Shown here: positions 40,464 through 50,525 of the stretch, piece after piece
Layout of the letters: each line of letters opens with the position of its first letter
How positions within the stretch are numbered: position 1 is the first letter of the stretch
Assembly: GCA_900545885.1 (NCBI GenBank)
Contig: URAF01000005.1
Span: forward strand, 53,659 to 117,658
DNA length: 64,000 nt
Direction: 5' to 3'
DNA from: an uncultured Eubacteriales bacterium
GTDB taxonomy: Bacteria > Bacillota > Clostridia > Christensenellales > CAG-917
Program-made: the position numbers and the translations under genes
The notes under the pieces: generated by a model
Databases searched by the model: none
Seen by the model: only the letters and a program-made list of their open reading frames with translations
Told to the model about the DNA's origin: nothing

Positions 40464-42350
40464 ATGCCCGACGTAAAAGAGGACGGAATTTCCGAAAAGA
40501 AATCGAAAAAAACGCGTAAAGCCGAAGTCGGCAAGGTTGTCCGTCGCACTTCTATCGGCGGTCAGGCGGTGCTCGAAGGCGTTATGATGAAGAGCGCGAC
40601 TTCGGTTGCAACCGCGGTGCGTACGGAAACGGGTGAAATCACCGTCGAGTCCAAACGCCTCAAAGACCCCAAGAAGAAGAGCGTGTTTTTCCGTCTGCCT
40701 TTTGTACGCGGGGTTGTCAATCTCTGTTCGCAACTTTATATGGGCATCGGCATTCTGATGCGCTCGGCGGAAGTTTACGGCGATTTTGCCGAACCCACGA
40801 AGTTCGACAAATGGGTCGCCGAAAAGTTCAAGGTCAACCCGATGCACATTCTCACCGTGTTTTCTCTGGTGCTCGGTCTGTTGCTTGCGGTGGGGCTTTT
40901 CGTTTTCCTGCCCAACTTCCTTACGGGGCTCATTTTCGAGATACCCGGAGTAGTGCAGCATCCCGCATATTACAGCCTTTGCGAAGCAGCGATTATGCTT
41001 GCCATTTTCGTCGGTTACATTTTGTCTATCACGCTTATGAAGGACATTCGCCGCGTGTTTATGTACCACGGGGCGGAGCATAAGGTCATAAGCTGTTACG
41101 AACACGGGCTCGACCTCACCGTAGAAAATGCGCGCAAAATGCGCACCGAACACAGCCGTTGCGGAACGACGTTCATGTTCTTTGTCGTGGCGGTCAGCAT
41201 AATCGTTTTCGCGCTCGTGAACTGGATGCTTGACGAAATAGGCTGGACTTCGGACAGCAGCGTCGTGAACGCGTTTATCAAACTCGGCGTCAAACTGCTG
41301 TTCCTGCCCGTCGTTGCGGGAATTTCCTACGAATTGCTCAAACTTCTTGCAAAGTCGGACAACATAATATTCAGAATTCTGCGTGCGCCCGGTATGCTGT
41401 TGCAGAAACTCACGACCAGACAGCCTACCGACGATATGCTGGAAGTCAGTCTTACGGCGTTCAAAACCGTGCTCGCAATGGACGAGAACCCCGATTTGCC
41501 CGAAAGCAAATTCGACGTTAAAGTTCCAATGAAGTTCGTGCGTACAAAGATTGCGGAAATCGCAAAAGGTGCGGACGAGAGCGACATAGACTGGATTATT
41601 GTCGAGGTCACGGGCAAAAAACGCAGTGAACTCGCTCTTACGGGGTCGCTTACCAAAGAGCAGTTCGAAGCGGCGAAATCCGTCGCGCAGAAACTCGCGG
41701 ACGGAAAGCCGTTGCAATACGCGCTCGGAACGACGGAGTTCTACGGCATAAAACTGTCCGTCAATCCGTCTGTGCTTATCCCGCGTCCCGAAACCGAAGA
41801 ACTTGCCGAAAAAGTCGTGAATTTTGTAAAGTCCAAAGGTGACGCCGCAAACGTGCGAGTGCTCGATTTGTGTACGGGCAGCGGGGCGATTGCGATAGCA
41901 GTTGCGCTCAATACCGGTTGCAAGGTTGTTGCGACTGACATATCCGCCGCGGCGGCGGAAGTCGCAAAAGCCAACGCGTTGAGCGCGGGCGTTTCCGTCG
42001 ACGTGAGAACGGGCGACCTTTTCGACGCTGTCAAGGGCGAAAAGTTCGACATCATCGTCACAAATCCGCCTTATATTCCCTCGGCGGACATTGCCACGCT
42101 GGACGGCAAAGTCAAGGATTTCGAGCCGATTTCCGCTTTGGACGGCGGTGCCGACGGGCTTGACTTCTATCGCAGGATTGCCAAAGACGCGGCAGACTAT
42201 CTCGCGGAAGGCGGGGAGTTGTGGTGCGAATTCGGAATGGGACAGGCAAACGACGTTGCTGCGTTGTTCGACGGGTTCGACACCGAAATTTTCAAGGATA
42301 TGGAAGGCGCAGACAGAATGTTGCACGCCGCAAAAAGGAAAGATATATGA
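40464..42350 (+). CDS. prmC: fusion protein: DUF1385 membrane domain + release-factor glutamine methyltransferase PrmC
   Basis: 628 aa in a single frame. The N-terminal half has [23 protein letters not shown] and several TM segments (DUF1385). The C-terminal half has [21 protein letters not shown], the SAM motif [12 protein letters not shown] and the NPPY motif IVTNPPYIP. The start codon is uncertain because there is no SD. Confidence 0.8.
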   Translation: MPDVKEDGISEKKSKKTRKAEVGKVVRRTSIGGQAVLEGVMMKSATSVATAVRTETGEITVESKRLKDPKKKSVFFRLPFVRGVVNLCSQLYMGIGILMRSAEVYGDFAEPTKFDKWVAEKFKVNPMHILTVFSLVLGLLLAVGLFVFLPNFLTGLIFEIPGVVQHPAYYSLCEAAIMLAIFVGYILSITLMKDIRRVFMYHGAEHKVISCYEHGLDLTVENARKMRTEHSRCGTTFMFFVVAVSIIVFALVNWMLDEIGWTSDSSVVNAFIKLGVKLLFLPVVAGISYELLKLLAKSDNIIFRILRAPGMLLQKLTTRQPTDDMLEVSLTAFKTVLAMDENPDLPESKFDVKVPMKFVRTKIAEIAKGADESDIDWIIVEVTGKKRSELALTGSLTKEQFEAAKSVAQKLADGKPLQYALGTTEFYGIKLSVNPSVLIPRPETEELAEKVVNFVKSKGDAANVRVLDLCTGSGAIAIAVALNTGCKVVATDISAAAAEVAKANALSAGVSVDVRTGDLFDAVKGEKFDIIVTNPPYIPSADIATLDGKVKDFEPISALDGGADGLDFYRRIAKDAADYLAEGGELWCEFGMGQANDVAALFDGFDTEIFKDMEGADRMLHAAKRKDI

Positions 42351-43432
42351 AAATCAGCGAAGGAATGCTCGCAAAACTCCAAAAAATCAAAGCCCGTTAT
42401 CACGAAGTAGGTGATATGCTGGCGCGTCCCGAAATTATTTCCGACCAGTCGGCGTTCAAAGCTTTGTCCAAAGAACATTCCGATTTGCAGCCGATAGTCG
42501 AGTGTTTCGAAGTTTACACCACTCACAAGAACCACTTTGACGAGTGCACCGAAATGCTGTCCGTGGAACAGGACGCCGAAATGCGCGAAATGCTGAAAGA
42601 GGAGCTCGACGAGTTGCGCGAAGCTCTCGACCGCGACGTGAACGACCTCAAAATTTCCATGTTGCCCAAAGACCCCAACGAGGACAACAACGTCATCATA
42701 GAAATCCGCGCGGGAGCGGGCGGCGACGAAGCCGCACTGTTCGGCACGGAACTTATGAAAATGTACCGCCATTACGCCGACCGCAACCGTTGGAAGGTGG
42801 AAGAAATCAACATGAACTACACCGAACTCGGCGGCGCGAAGGAGCTCGTGTTCATGATTGCGGGCAAGGGCGCGTACGGTAAACTCAAATTCGAAAGCGG
42901 CGTTCACCGCGTTCAGCGCGTGCCCGAAACGGAGTCGCAGGGCAGAATTCATACGTCTACGGTTACGGTTGCCGTTCTGCCCGAAGCCGAGGACATCGAA
43001 GTCACAATCAACGAAAACGACCTCAAAATCGACACTTACCGCAGCGGCGGCGCGGGCGGGCAGCACGTCAACAAGACGGAGTCCGCAATCCGTATGACGC
43101 ATATACCCACGGGTATAGTCGTCGAGTGTCAGGACGAGCGCAGTCAGATAAAAAACAGAGAAAAGGCTATGAAGGTGCTCAAATCACGTCTTTACGACTA
43201 TTACCAGTCGCAGGCGGACAAGGAGTACAGTGAAACCCGCCGCGCGCAGGTCGGTACGGGCGACAGAAGCGAACGTATCCGCACCTACAATTTCCCGCAG
43301 GGCAGAGTTACCGACCACCGTATCGGGCTTACGCTTTACAGCCTTGACAAATTCATGCTCGGAGAAATGGACGAAATGATTTCCGCTTTGTCCATTGCAC
43401 TGCAAAACAAAATGTTGGAGAACATCGATTAA
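42347..43432 (+). CDS. prfA: peptide chain release factor 1
   Basis: 361 aa from ATG 42347, with an ATGA overlap and SD AAAGGAAAG. It has the PxT tripeptide region [16 protein letters not shown] and the GGQ motif [14 protein letters not shown]. Confidence 0.95.
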   Translation: MKISEGMLAKLQKIKARYHEVGDMLARPEIISDQSAFKALSKEHSDLQPIVECFEVYTTHKNHFDECTEMLSVEQDAEMREMLKEELDELREALDRDVNDLKISMLPKDPNEDNNVIIEIRAGAGGDEAALFGTELMKMYRHYADRNRWKVEEINMNYTELGGAKELVFMIAGKGAYGKLKFESGVHRVQRVPETESQGRIHTSTVTVAVLPEAEDIEVTINENDLKIDTYRSGGAGGQHVNKTESAIRMTHIPTGIVVECQDERSQIKNREKAMKVLKSRLYDYYQSQADKEYSETRRAQVGTGDRSERIRTYNFPQGRVTDHRIGLTLYSLDKFMLGEMDEMISALSIALQNKMLENID

Positions 43433-43444
43433 AGGAGACGGATT

Positions 43445-44836
43445 ATGATTGTCAAGTACAACAAGAACCATCACGTCATCGAAGAACACGCCTACAAGCC
43501 CAGTCTGCAGGACGTAGCGCACCCCAATCTTCACCGCAAGATTTTTACATACGGCGAAATTCCGAAAACGGCGTTCAATATGCGTCACGTTCCCATGGAA
43601 TGCCCGAAAGACATATTCATCACCGACACGACTTTCCGCGACGGACAGCAGGCGTGCAAACCTTTTGCAGTCAAGGACATCGTCAATCTGTACAAAATGC
43701 TCCACCGTCTGGGCGGTCCCAACGGACTTGTAAGACAGAGTGAGTTTTTCCTTTACAGCGACAAGGACAAGGAAGCCATAACCAAGTGTCTCGAACTCGG
43801 ATACGACTTCCCGCAGATTACCTCGTGGATACGCGCAAACGAAAAGGATTTCGAACTGGTCAAACAGTTCGGCATCAAAGAAACGGGCATTCTGGTGAGC
43901 TGTTCGGACTACCACATCTTCAAGAAGATGAATCTTACCCGCGCGCAGGCTATGGAGAAATATCTCACCATAGTCAAAAAAGCCCTCGAACGCGGTATCG
44001 TTCCGAGATGCCATTTCGAAGACATCACGAGAGCGGACTATTTCGGATTTGTCGTGCCGTTCGCAATCGAGCTCATGAAACTTTCGCAAGAGAGCGGCAT
44101 ACCCATCAAAATCCGTGCCTGCGACACTATGGGCTACGGCGTGACCTATCCCGGCACCGCGCTTCCGAGAAGTGTACAGGGCATAATCTACGGTTTCCGT
44201 TACTATGCGGAAATCCCGTCCGAACAACTCGAATGGCACGGACACAACGATTTCTATAAAGCGGTCACCAACTCCGCAACCGCGTGGTTGTACGGCTGTT
44301 CTTCCGTCAACGCGACATTGCTCGGCATCGGCGAAAGAACGGGCAATACGCCGCTTGAAGCCATGGCAATCGAATACGCGTCGTTGCGCGGTACGACGGG
44401 CGGAATGGATTTGTCCGTAATTACGGAAATCGCCGACTACTTCGAACACGAAATGGGATTTGAAATTCCCGAACGCACGCCTTTCGTCGGCAAGAACTTC
44501 AACGTGACCAAAGCGGGTATTCACGCGGACGGAATGTTGAAAGACCAGGAAATCTACAACATTTTCGACACCGAAAAAATCCTCGGCAGACCCGCGAGAG
44601 TGGTCGTCGACAGTTTCAGCGGAATTGCGGGTATTGCGTTCTGGATTAACTCTTATTATTCCGTGCCCGCCGATATGAAAATCGACAAGCGCGACCCGCT
44701 CATTGCGGCAATCAAAGAGCACGTCGACGCGCAGTACGCTCTCGGCAGAACCACGGTTATCAGCGACGAGGAACTTGCGGAAATGTTCCGCGAACTCGAC
44801 CCCGAACGTTACGCGCAGTTCAGCAAATTCGAATAA
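43445..44836 (+). CDS. HMGL-like (isopropylmalate/homocitrate synthase family) enzyme; Re-citrate synthase candidate
   Basis: 463 aa with SD AAGGAG. The TIM-barrel motif is FITDTTFRDGQQ, with HGHNDFY and a metal-ligand pattern. The specific activity is an inference. Confidence 0.6.
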   Translation: MIVKYNKNHHVIEEHAYKPSLQDVAHPNLHRKIFTYGEIPKTAFNMRHVPMECPKDIFITDTTFRDGQQACKPFAVKDIVNLYKMLHRLGGPNGLVRQSEFFLYSDKDKEAITKCLELGYDFPQITSWIRANEKDFELVKQFGIKETGILVSCSDYHIFKKMNLTRAQAMEKYLTIVKKALERGIVPRCHFEDITRADYFGFVVPFAIELMKLSQESGIPIKIRACDTMGYGVTYPGTALPRSVQGIIYGFRYYAEIPSEQLEWHGHNDFYKAVTNSATAWLYGCSSVNATLLGIGERTGNTPLEAMAIEYASLRGTTGGMDLSVITEIADYFEHEMGFEIPERTPFVGKNFNVTKAGIHADGMLKDQEIYNIFDTEKILGRPARVVVDSFSGIAGIAFWINSYYSVPADMKIDKRDPLIAAIKEHVDAQYALGRTTVISDEELAEMFRELDPERYAQFSKFE

Positions 44837-44910
44837 CAGACAACGACTGCGGCGGCGGTTCAATCCGCTCGCGGCGCGCGTGCGCATCGACGTGCGCACC
44901 AAAATAGGGC

Positions 44911-44939
44911 TTGTATTTCTATAATATTTTTTATAGAAT
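44911..44939 (+). promoter_or_regulatory. promoter with embedded AT palindrome (operator-like)
   Basis: TTGTAT (44911-44916), 17 nt spacer, TAGAAT (44934-44939). The inverted repeat TTCTATAA (44917-44924) N6 TTATAGAA (44931-44938) fills the spacer and -10 region. Confidence 0.5.
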
Positions 44940-44955
44940 ATAAGCGGAGGTGACT

Positions 44956-45387
44956 ATGATAAAACTCATCACCGGAGCAAAAGGCACCGGCAAAACCAAA
45001 ATCATCATCGATATGGCAAACGACAACGTCGAAACCGCAAAAGGCGACATTGTCTTTCTCACCGACACGGACAGATATATGTATTCGCTCCGCTATCAGG
45101 TACGCGTCATCAACACCGACATTCTGAAACGCGCAGGCGAAAAAGTGTTGAACGAACGAGAACTCATCGGCTTTATCAAAGGCATTCTCGCGGGCAATCA
45201 CGATATAGAAAGTTTCTACATCGACGGCGCGCACCGTATGCTCGGCAGAAAAGTGACCGAAATGGAAGACTTCTTCACCGACATTTACGCCGTTGCCAAG
45301 AACACCGAAACGAGATTTATTCTCACAGTCAGCGAAAACGAGGAGAATTTCCCCGAATTTCTCAAAAAGTATCAAGGAGAAGTATGA
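44956..45387 (+). CDS. small P-loop NTPase of unknown function
   Basis: 143 aa from ATG 44956, 5 nt after SD GGAGG. Walker A is GAKGTGKT. The stop overlaps the thrC start (ATGA). Confidence 0.7.
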   Translation: MIKLITGAKGTGKTKIIIDMANDNVETAKGDIVFLTDTDRYMYSLRYQVRVINTDILKRAGEKVLNERELIGFIKGILAGNHDIESFYIDGAHRMLGRKVTEMEDFFTDIYAVAKNTETRFILTVSENEENFPEFLKKYQGEV

Positions 45388-46871
45388 AATATCTCAGCAC
45401 CAGAGATTCTTCCAAAGTCTATACGGCTGCGGAAGCAATCGTTAAAGGTATATCCGATGACGGCGGACTGATTGTTCCGTCGTCTTTCCCGATTATCGAC
45501 GGAAAACTGCTCGACAAACTCTGCGATATGGACTATCCCGAAAGAGCGGCAACCGTACTCGGAATGTATCTCGAAGAGTTCTCTTACGACGAACTTCTCG
45601 ACTACGCGCGCAAAGCGTATTCCCGTTTCGACGGTGACGATCCCTGTCCGCTCGTAAAAGTGGAAGACGGTCTTTATATGCTGGAACTCTGGCACGGACC
45701 CACGTTCGCGTTCAAGGATATGGCGCTCACGCTTTTGCCGCATCTCCTCGTTGCGTCCAAGAAGAAACTGGGCGACAACGGCAAAACCCTCATTCTCGTC
45801 GCAACCAGCGGCGATACGGGCAAAGCGGCGCTCGAAGGTTTCAGAGACGTCGAGGGCACGGAAATAATCGTATTCTATCCCGCAAAAGGCGTCAGCGCGA
45901 TGCAGAAACTGCAAATGACCACCCAGCAGGGCGGCAACGTGCACGTGGCGGGCATCAACGGCAACTTCGACGACGCGCAAACCGCAGTCAAAGCCATTTT
46001 CACGGATAAGGAAGTAATAGACAAACTGAAATCCCACGGCATCGAAATGTCGTCGGCGAACTCCATCAACTGGGGCAGACTGGCACCGCAGATTGCATAC
46101 TACGTTTCGGCGTACTGTGACCTGCTGACAAGCGGCGAAATAAACAAAGGCGACAAAATCAACTTCGTCGTGCCCACGGGCAACTTCGGCAACATACTTG
46201 CGGGTTACTATGCCTACCGTATGGGCATTCCCGTCGGCAAGCTCATTGTCGCGTCCAACGCCAACAACATTCTCAGCGACTTCTTCAATACGGGCAAATA
46301 CGACGTCAACCGCAACTTCTTCAAGACGATGTCGCCTTCCATGGACATTCTCGTTTCCAGCAACCTCGAACGCTTGTTGTTCGAAGTGTCGGGCAGAGAC
46401 GCGAAGAAGATAGCGGGCATATATTCCGACCTCAAAAAGTTCGGCAAATTCGAACTCGATATGTCCGAACTCGACCTCGATGTGTTCGAGGCGGGCTGGG
46501 CGGACGAAGAGGACACCCGTGAGGCTATGGCGAATTTCTTCGACCTCGACGACTACGTGCTCGACCCGCATACGGCGGTTGCCGTCAGCGTGTACAGCGA
46601 CTACGCGGACGAAACGGAAGACGAAACGCCCACCGTCGTAGTGTCTACGGCAAGTCCTTATAAGTTTGCCTGCGACGTGTACAACGCCGTCGCCGACGCT
46701 CGCGAAACGGACGTCGAAAAAGCCGTTATGAAATTGCAGATGTTCACGGGAGCGGAATGTCCCGAAGGTATTCTGCAACTCAAATCCCTGCCCGTAAGAC
46801 ACAAAACCGTAATCGAAAAAGACGGCGCAAAACAGGCTGTCTACGATTTCGTGTTGGACAACGAAAATTGA
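45384..46871 (+). CDS. thrC: threonine synthase (long form)
   Basis: 495 aa. It has the PLP-lysine motif GPTFAFKDMAL, ATSGDTGKA and NSINWGR. Confidence 0.95.
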   Translation: MKYLSTRDSSKVYTAAEAIVKGISDDGGLIVPSSFPIIDGKLLDKLCDMDYPERAATVLGMYLEEFSYDELLDYARKAYSRFDGDDPCPLVKVEDGLYMLELWHGPTFAFKDMALTLLPHLLVASKKKLGDNGKTLILVATSGDTGKAALEGFRDVEGTEIIVFYPAKGVSAMQKLQMTTQQGGNVHVAGINGNFDDAQTAVKAIFTDKEVIDKLKSHGIEMSSANSINWGRLAPQIAYYVSAYCDLLTSGEINKGDKINFVVPTGNFGNILAGYYAYRMGIPVGKLIVASNANNILSDFFNTGKYDVNRNFFKTMSPSMDILVSSNLERLLFEVSGRDAKKIAGIYSDLKKFGKFELDMSELDLDVFEAGWADEEDTREAMANFFDLDDYVLDPHTAVAVSVYSDYADETEDETPTVVVSTASPYKFACDVYNAVADARETDVEKAVMKLQMFTGAECPEGILQLKSLPVRHKTVIEKDGAKQAVYDFVLDNEN

Positions 46872-46896
46872 CGTTTTAACACAATCAGGAGTTTAT

Positions 46897-47925
46897 ATGC
46901 CCGAAAATAACGATAAAACGCAAGTTGAGAAAAAGAAAATCGTGCTGAGCGGCATTCAGCCTACGGGTACGATTACGCTCGGCAACTATCTCGGTGCCGT
47001 TGCCAACTGGGGCAAAATGCAGGAAGAGTTCGAGTCGGTGTTCTTCATCGCAGACCTTCACGCCCTCACCGTAAAACGCGAACCTGCGGAGTTCAGACAA
47101 GCATGCACGAGTTTCTTCGCGCAGCTGCTTGCCTGCGGTATCGACCCCGAAAAAGCCGTGCTTTATTTCCAGTCGCACGTTCACGAACACGCCGAACTGC
47201 AATGGATTCTCAACTGCAACACCTATGTCGGAGAAGCGTCCAGAATGACGCAGTTCAAGGATAAGAGCGCAAAGCACGCCGACAACATAAATATGGGACT
47301 TATGGATTATCCCGTGCTTATGGCTGCCGACATTCTGTTGTTCCAGACCTCGCTTGTTCCCGTCGGCATCGACCAGAAACAGCACCTCGAACTCACCCGT
47401 GACATAGCAATCCGTTTCAACAACCGTTACGGCGACACGTTCACCGTGCCCGAACCTTACATTCCCGCCACGGGCGCAAAGATTTGTTCCTTGCAGGACC
47501 CCACGGCGAAGATGTCAAAGTCCGACCCCGACGCAAACGCAACCGTGTCCGTCATCGAGGACGAGGCGAGCATTGTCCGCAAGTTCAAACGCGCGGTTAC
47601 CGACAGCGGCAACGAAATCGTCGCGCGTGAAGACAAGCCCGGCATTACAAATCTGCTCAACATTTACGCCGCAATCGAAGGCAAGACCGTGGAACAGGCC
47701 GAACGCGAGTTTGCGGGGCAGGGTTACGGCACCTTCAAAATTGCGGTCGGCGAAGCCGTCGCCGCGAAGTTCAAACCCGTGCGCGAAGCGTATCTTCGTT
47801 ATCTCGGCGACAAGGCGTATATGGCGGAAGTCGCAAAAGCGGGCGCGGAAAAGGCAGCGTGGATGGGACGCAGAACGCTTGCCAAGGTCAAACGCAAAGT
47901 CGGACTCGTGTCTTTCGACAAATAG
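46897..47925 (+). CDS. trpS: tryptophan--tRNA ligase
   Basis: 342 aa with SD AGGAG. It has SGIQPTGTITLGNYLG (HIGH-region equivalent), the KMSKS motif and GYGTFK. Confidence 0.95.
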   Translation: MPENNDKTQVEKKKIVLSGIQPTGTITLGNYLGAVANWGKMQEEFESVFFIADLHALTVKREPAEFRQACTSFFAQLLACGIDPEKAVLYFQSHVHEHAELQWILNCNTYVGEASRMTQFKDKSAKHADNINMGLMDYPVLMAADILLFQTSLVPVGIDQKQHLELTRDIAIRFNNRYGDTFTVPEPYIPATGAKICSLQDPTAKMSKSDPDANATVSVIEDEASIVRKFKRAVTDSGNEIVAREDKPGITNLLNIYAAIEGKTVEQAEREFAGQGYGTFKIAVGEAVAAKFKPVREAYLRYLGDKAYMAEVAKAGAEKAAWMGRRTLAKVKRKVGLVSFDK

Positions 47926-48117
47926 TGCGGGATTTTTTCGGTAGGTGCGGTGTGTGCGTTAAACCTACGGGTGCGCGTTTATTGCGTGGCGCGTGTTAAA
48001 AAGCGTGGTGCGTGTAAAACCGCAATATGCGCCTTGAACCGCAACGCCGCAAAACAGTATTGTCCGTATTATTAATTTTATATTAAGGTTATAATCGTAA
48101 AGTTGCAGAGGTGAATT

Positions 48118-48978
48118 GTGTTCGGTTACGTCATACCCGACAAGAATAATATGTACATCAAAGACTTCAACGTCTTTCAGGCATATTATTGCGGGCTGTG
48201 CAAGGCGCTTGCCAAAACCGGCGGACCCGCAACCAGACTTTGCACCAACTACGATACGACGTTCTACAATGCGCTGTTGCATTCGATAGCGGGCAAAGAG
48301 GTCAGATTCGAGCGAAAACTCTGCCTTTTCAACGGCAAGAAAAAGGCGGTTGTGAAGTGTGACGAACTGACTGCAAAAGTTGCGGACATATCCGTGTTGC
48401 TTGTTTACTACAACGCGGACGACGACGTAAAGGACGGCAAGAAGTCCCGCGCTTTCGTCAAGGGCAGGTTGTATGCAAGAAAACGCGCCGCCGCGCGCAG
48501 GTTGCCCGTCATCGACAAACTCATGCGCGACAGCTTTGCAAGGCTTGCCGTGCTTGAAAAGCGGAACTCGGACAACATCGATATGGTTGCGGACTGTTTC
48601 GCGTCGCTCATGCGCGACATAACCCGCGAACTGGTGCCTACGGACGAAAACGTCGATACGTTCACTTACAATATGGGCAGGCTGGTTTATCTGTTCGACG
48701 CCGTCGACGACGTTGAAAAGGACGAACAGAAAGGGCGGTACAATCCTTTGCTTGCGGCGTACGGAAAGTGCGGCAGCAAGGCGGAGTTTCTGGAAAAAAA
48801 CGCGAAGGAACTGGATTTTCTTCTGCGTTCAACCTATAATAGAATGGTCGGAGCGTACAACGCCATGAACATAGTCGTCAGCGAAGGAATGCTGTCGAAC
48901 ACCGTTTATCTCGGCGTGAATATGCAGATGGAGCGATTGCTCAAAGGAGAAGAAAAATGCCAAATGACCCGTTTGTGA
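48118..48978 (+). CDS. DUF5685-family protein
   Basis: 286 aa with a GTG start, 4 nt after SD AGAGGTG. The N-terminal pattern FGYVIPDKNNMYIKDFNVFQAYYCGLCKAL matches my memory of DUF5685. Confidence 0.6.
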   Translation: MFGYVIPDKNNMYIKDFNVFQAYYCGLCKALAKTGGPATRLCTNYDTTFYNALLHSIAGKEVRFERKLCLFNGKKKAVVKCDELTAKVADISVLLVYYNADDDVKDGKKSRAFVKGRLYARKRAAARRLPVIDKLMRDSFARLAVLEKRNSDNIDMVADCFASLMRDITRELVPTDENVDTFTYNMGRLVYLFDAVDDVEKDEQKGRYNPLLAAYGKCGSKAEFLEKNAKELDFLLRSTYNRMVGAYNAMNIVVSEGMLSNTVYLGVNMQMERLLKGEEKCQMTRL

Positions 48979-49634
48979 TTCTGGGTGTCGAAAAAGGCGC
49001 GTCGCAGAGCGAAATTCTGGAAGCCTACAAGAAGAAACGCGAGTACTATTCCGCTCACGTATTCGACGAGGGCGAAGCGGGGGCAGACGCCGCCCGTATG
49101 TTGGAAAAACTCGACGCGGCATATCAGGACGCAATGAGTTATTCTCACGAAAACGCAACCGTTGACGGCGGAGAAGGAAACAGCGGACAGTTTGACGCTG
49201 TCAAGGCCGCAGTCAGCGCGAGAGATTTCGCAAAGGCTCAGTCGTTGCTTGACGATATGTATTACCGCGGCGGCGAATGGCACTATTATCAGGCGATAAT
49301 CTTCTACGAAAAGAACTGGCTCAACGAAAGCAAAAAGCAACTCGAGCTTGCTGTCGACATGGATCCGGAGAACGAAAAGTACAAAAAAGCTCTGGAAAAC
49401 ATGAAAAAGAAAATCGACGGCAGCAACGCTTTCAACGGAGCGCAGCAGGGCGCTGACGGTCAGCAACAGAACGGACAACAGTACCAGTCCCAGCAGACCT
49501 ACGCAACACAGCGCAGTTATCAGCAACAAGCTCAGCCTACGGCGGCGGACGGATGCTGTCAGGCTTGCCAGTGCGCAATCTGTGCGGACTGCTGCTGCGA
49601 ATGCATGGGCGGCGACCTGATACGTTGCTGCTGA
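48957..49634 (+). CDS. J-domain-like/TPR-like protein with Q-rich linker and Cys-rich C-terminal tail
   Basis: 225 aa with SD AAGGAG. It has a J-like N-terminus (DPFVILGVEKGASQSEILEAYKKK) but no HPD. The tail is CCQACQCAICADCCCECMGGDLIRCC. Confidence 0.7.
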   Translation: MPNDPFVILGVEKGASQSEILEAYKKKREYYSAHVFDEGEAGADAARMLEKLDAAYQDAMSYSHENATVDGGEGNSGQFDAVKAAVSARDFAKAQSLLDDMYYRGGEWHYYQAIIFYEKNWLNESKKQLELAVDMDPENEKYKKALENMKKKIDGSNAFNGAQQGADGQQQNGQQYQSQQTYATQRSYQQQAQPTAADGCCQACQCAICADCCCECMGGDLIRCC

Positions 49635-49647
49635 CACAACACGACGA

Positions 49648-50280
49648 ATGAAAAGAAAGGGCAGACTGTCACCAAGGACGGCAACTTACGCGCTTGCGCT
49701 TGCGGGAATATCCGCCGCGCTTGCGCTTTTGTTTGTCTGGCTGGGCGTTGTGGTGAGATACGTCACAATTGCCATGTTTGCTGCGGCGGGGTGCGCGGTA
49801 ATGGTGCCCATATCCAAAAAATATTACGCGTCGGGCATATTCGCTTACGCAGTATCCGCGGGGCTGTCATTTTTGGTGGGCGACATCACGGCCGTTACGG
49901 GATACGTCATTTATTTCGGACCAATGGCGGTCATATCCGCGATAATGTGGGAGAAGAACGTCAAATGGTTCATTTCCTATCCCGTTAAAATCGTATTCAT
50001 AAATGCCGCGCTTGCCGCGCTTTACTACGGTTTGCAGGCAATCGAAGTCATAGCCCCCGACGTTGCGGCAAGGTTCGATTATTGGGCGATTGCAATTCTC
50101 GGAACCGTCGGCTTGTTGCTCATTGACCTGCTTATGCAGTACGTATATGCCACTATGCGCAAGATAACGGCACGCGTTATCCGTGACAAAAACACCGCGG
50201 AAGTCACGGCGGAAGAGATAAGGCAGGAAGACGAAAAAGAGGACGAGGACAACCCGTTCGGCGACGATTTCAGAAAGTAA
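49648..50280 (+). CDS. multi-pass membrane protein, unknown function, acidic C-terminal tail
   Basis: 210 aa with 5-6 hydrophobic segments and the tail EEIRQEDEKEDEDNPFGDDF. Confidence 0.65.
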   Translation: MKRKGRLSPRTATYALALAGISAALALLFVWLGVVVRYVTIAMFAAAGCAVMVPISKKYYASGIFAYAVSAGLSFLVGDITAVTGYVIYFGPMAVISAIMWEKNVKWFISYPVKIVFINAALAALYYGLQAIEVIAPDVAARFDYWAIAILGTVGLLLIDLLMQYVYATMRKITARVIRDKNTAEVTAEEIRQEDEKEDEDNPFGDDFRK

Positions 50281-50402
50281 CGGCGATACCGCAGTGCGAT
50301 GTACACGAACGGGAATGAACCCGAACACGTTGTTTGTCAACGTGACGCAAGCGATGTAAACAATCAAGGAGCGTCAAAGTGTCAAAATTAAAGAAAAACA
50401 CA

Positions 50403-50431
50403 AAACAGGCAGTTTATATGCCTGTTTTTTC
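50403..50431. terminator. bidirectional intrinsic terminator (convergent genes)
   Basis: Stem AAACAGGC / GCCTGTTT, flanked by an A-rich stretch upstream and TTTTTT downstream. Confidence 0.8.
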
Positions 50432-50525
50432 ATTGTAAAGTTGGTTTTGCGTTTTGATTGAAGATTGTTTTTTGCGTCCGGTATCTGATTGACTTGGCAA
50501 TATCGTTGCAAACAGAATAGGGAAG

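Noticed and set aside
46872-46896. Expected a T-box leader upstream of trpS.
   Set aside because: Only 25 nt separate thrC and trpS, so there is no room for a T-box. trpS is evidently co-transcribed.
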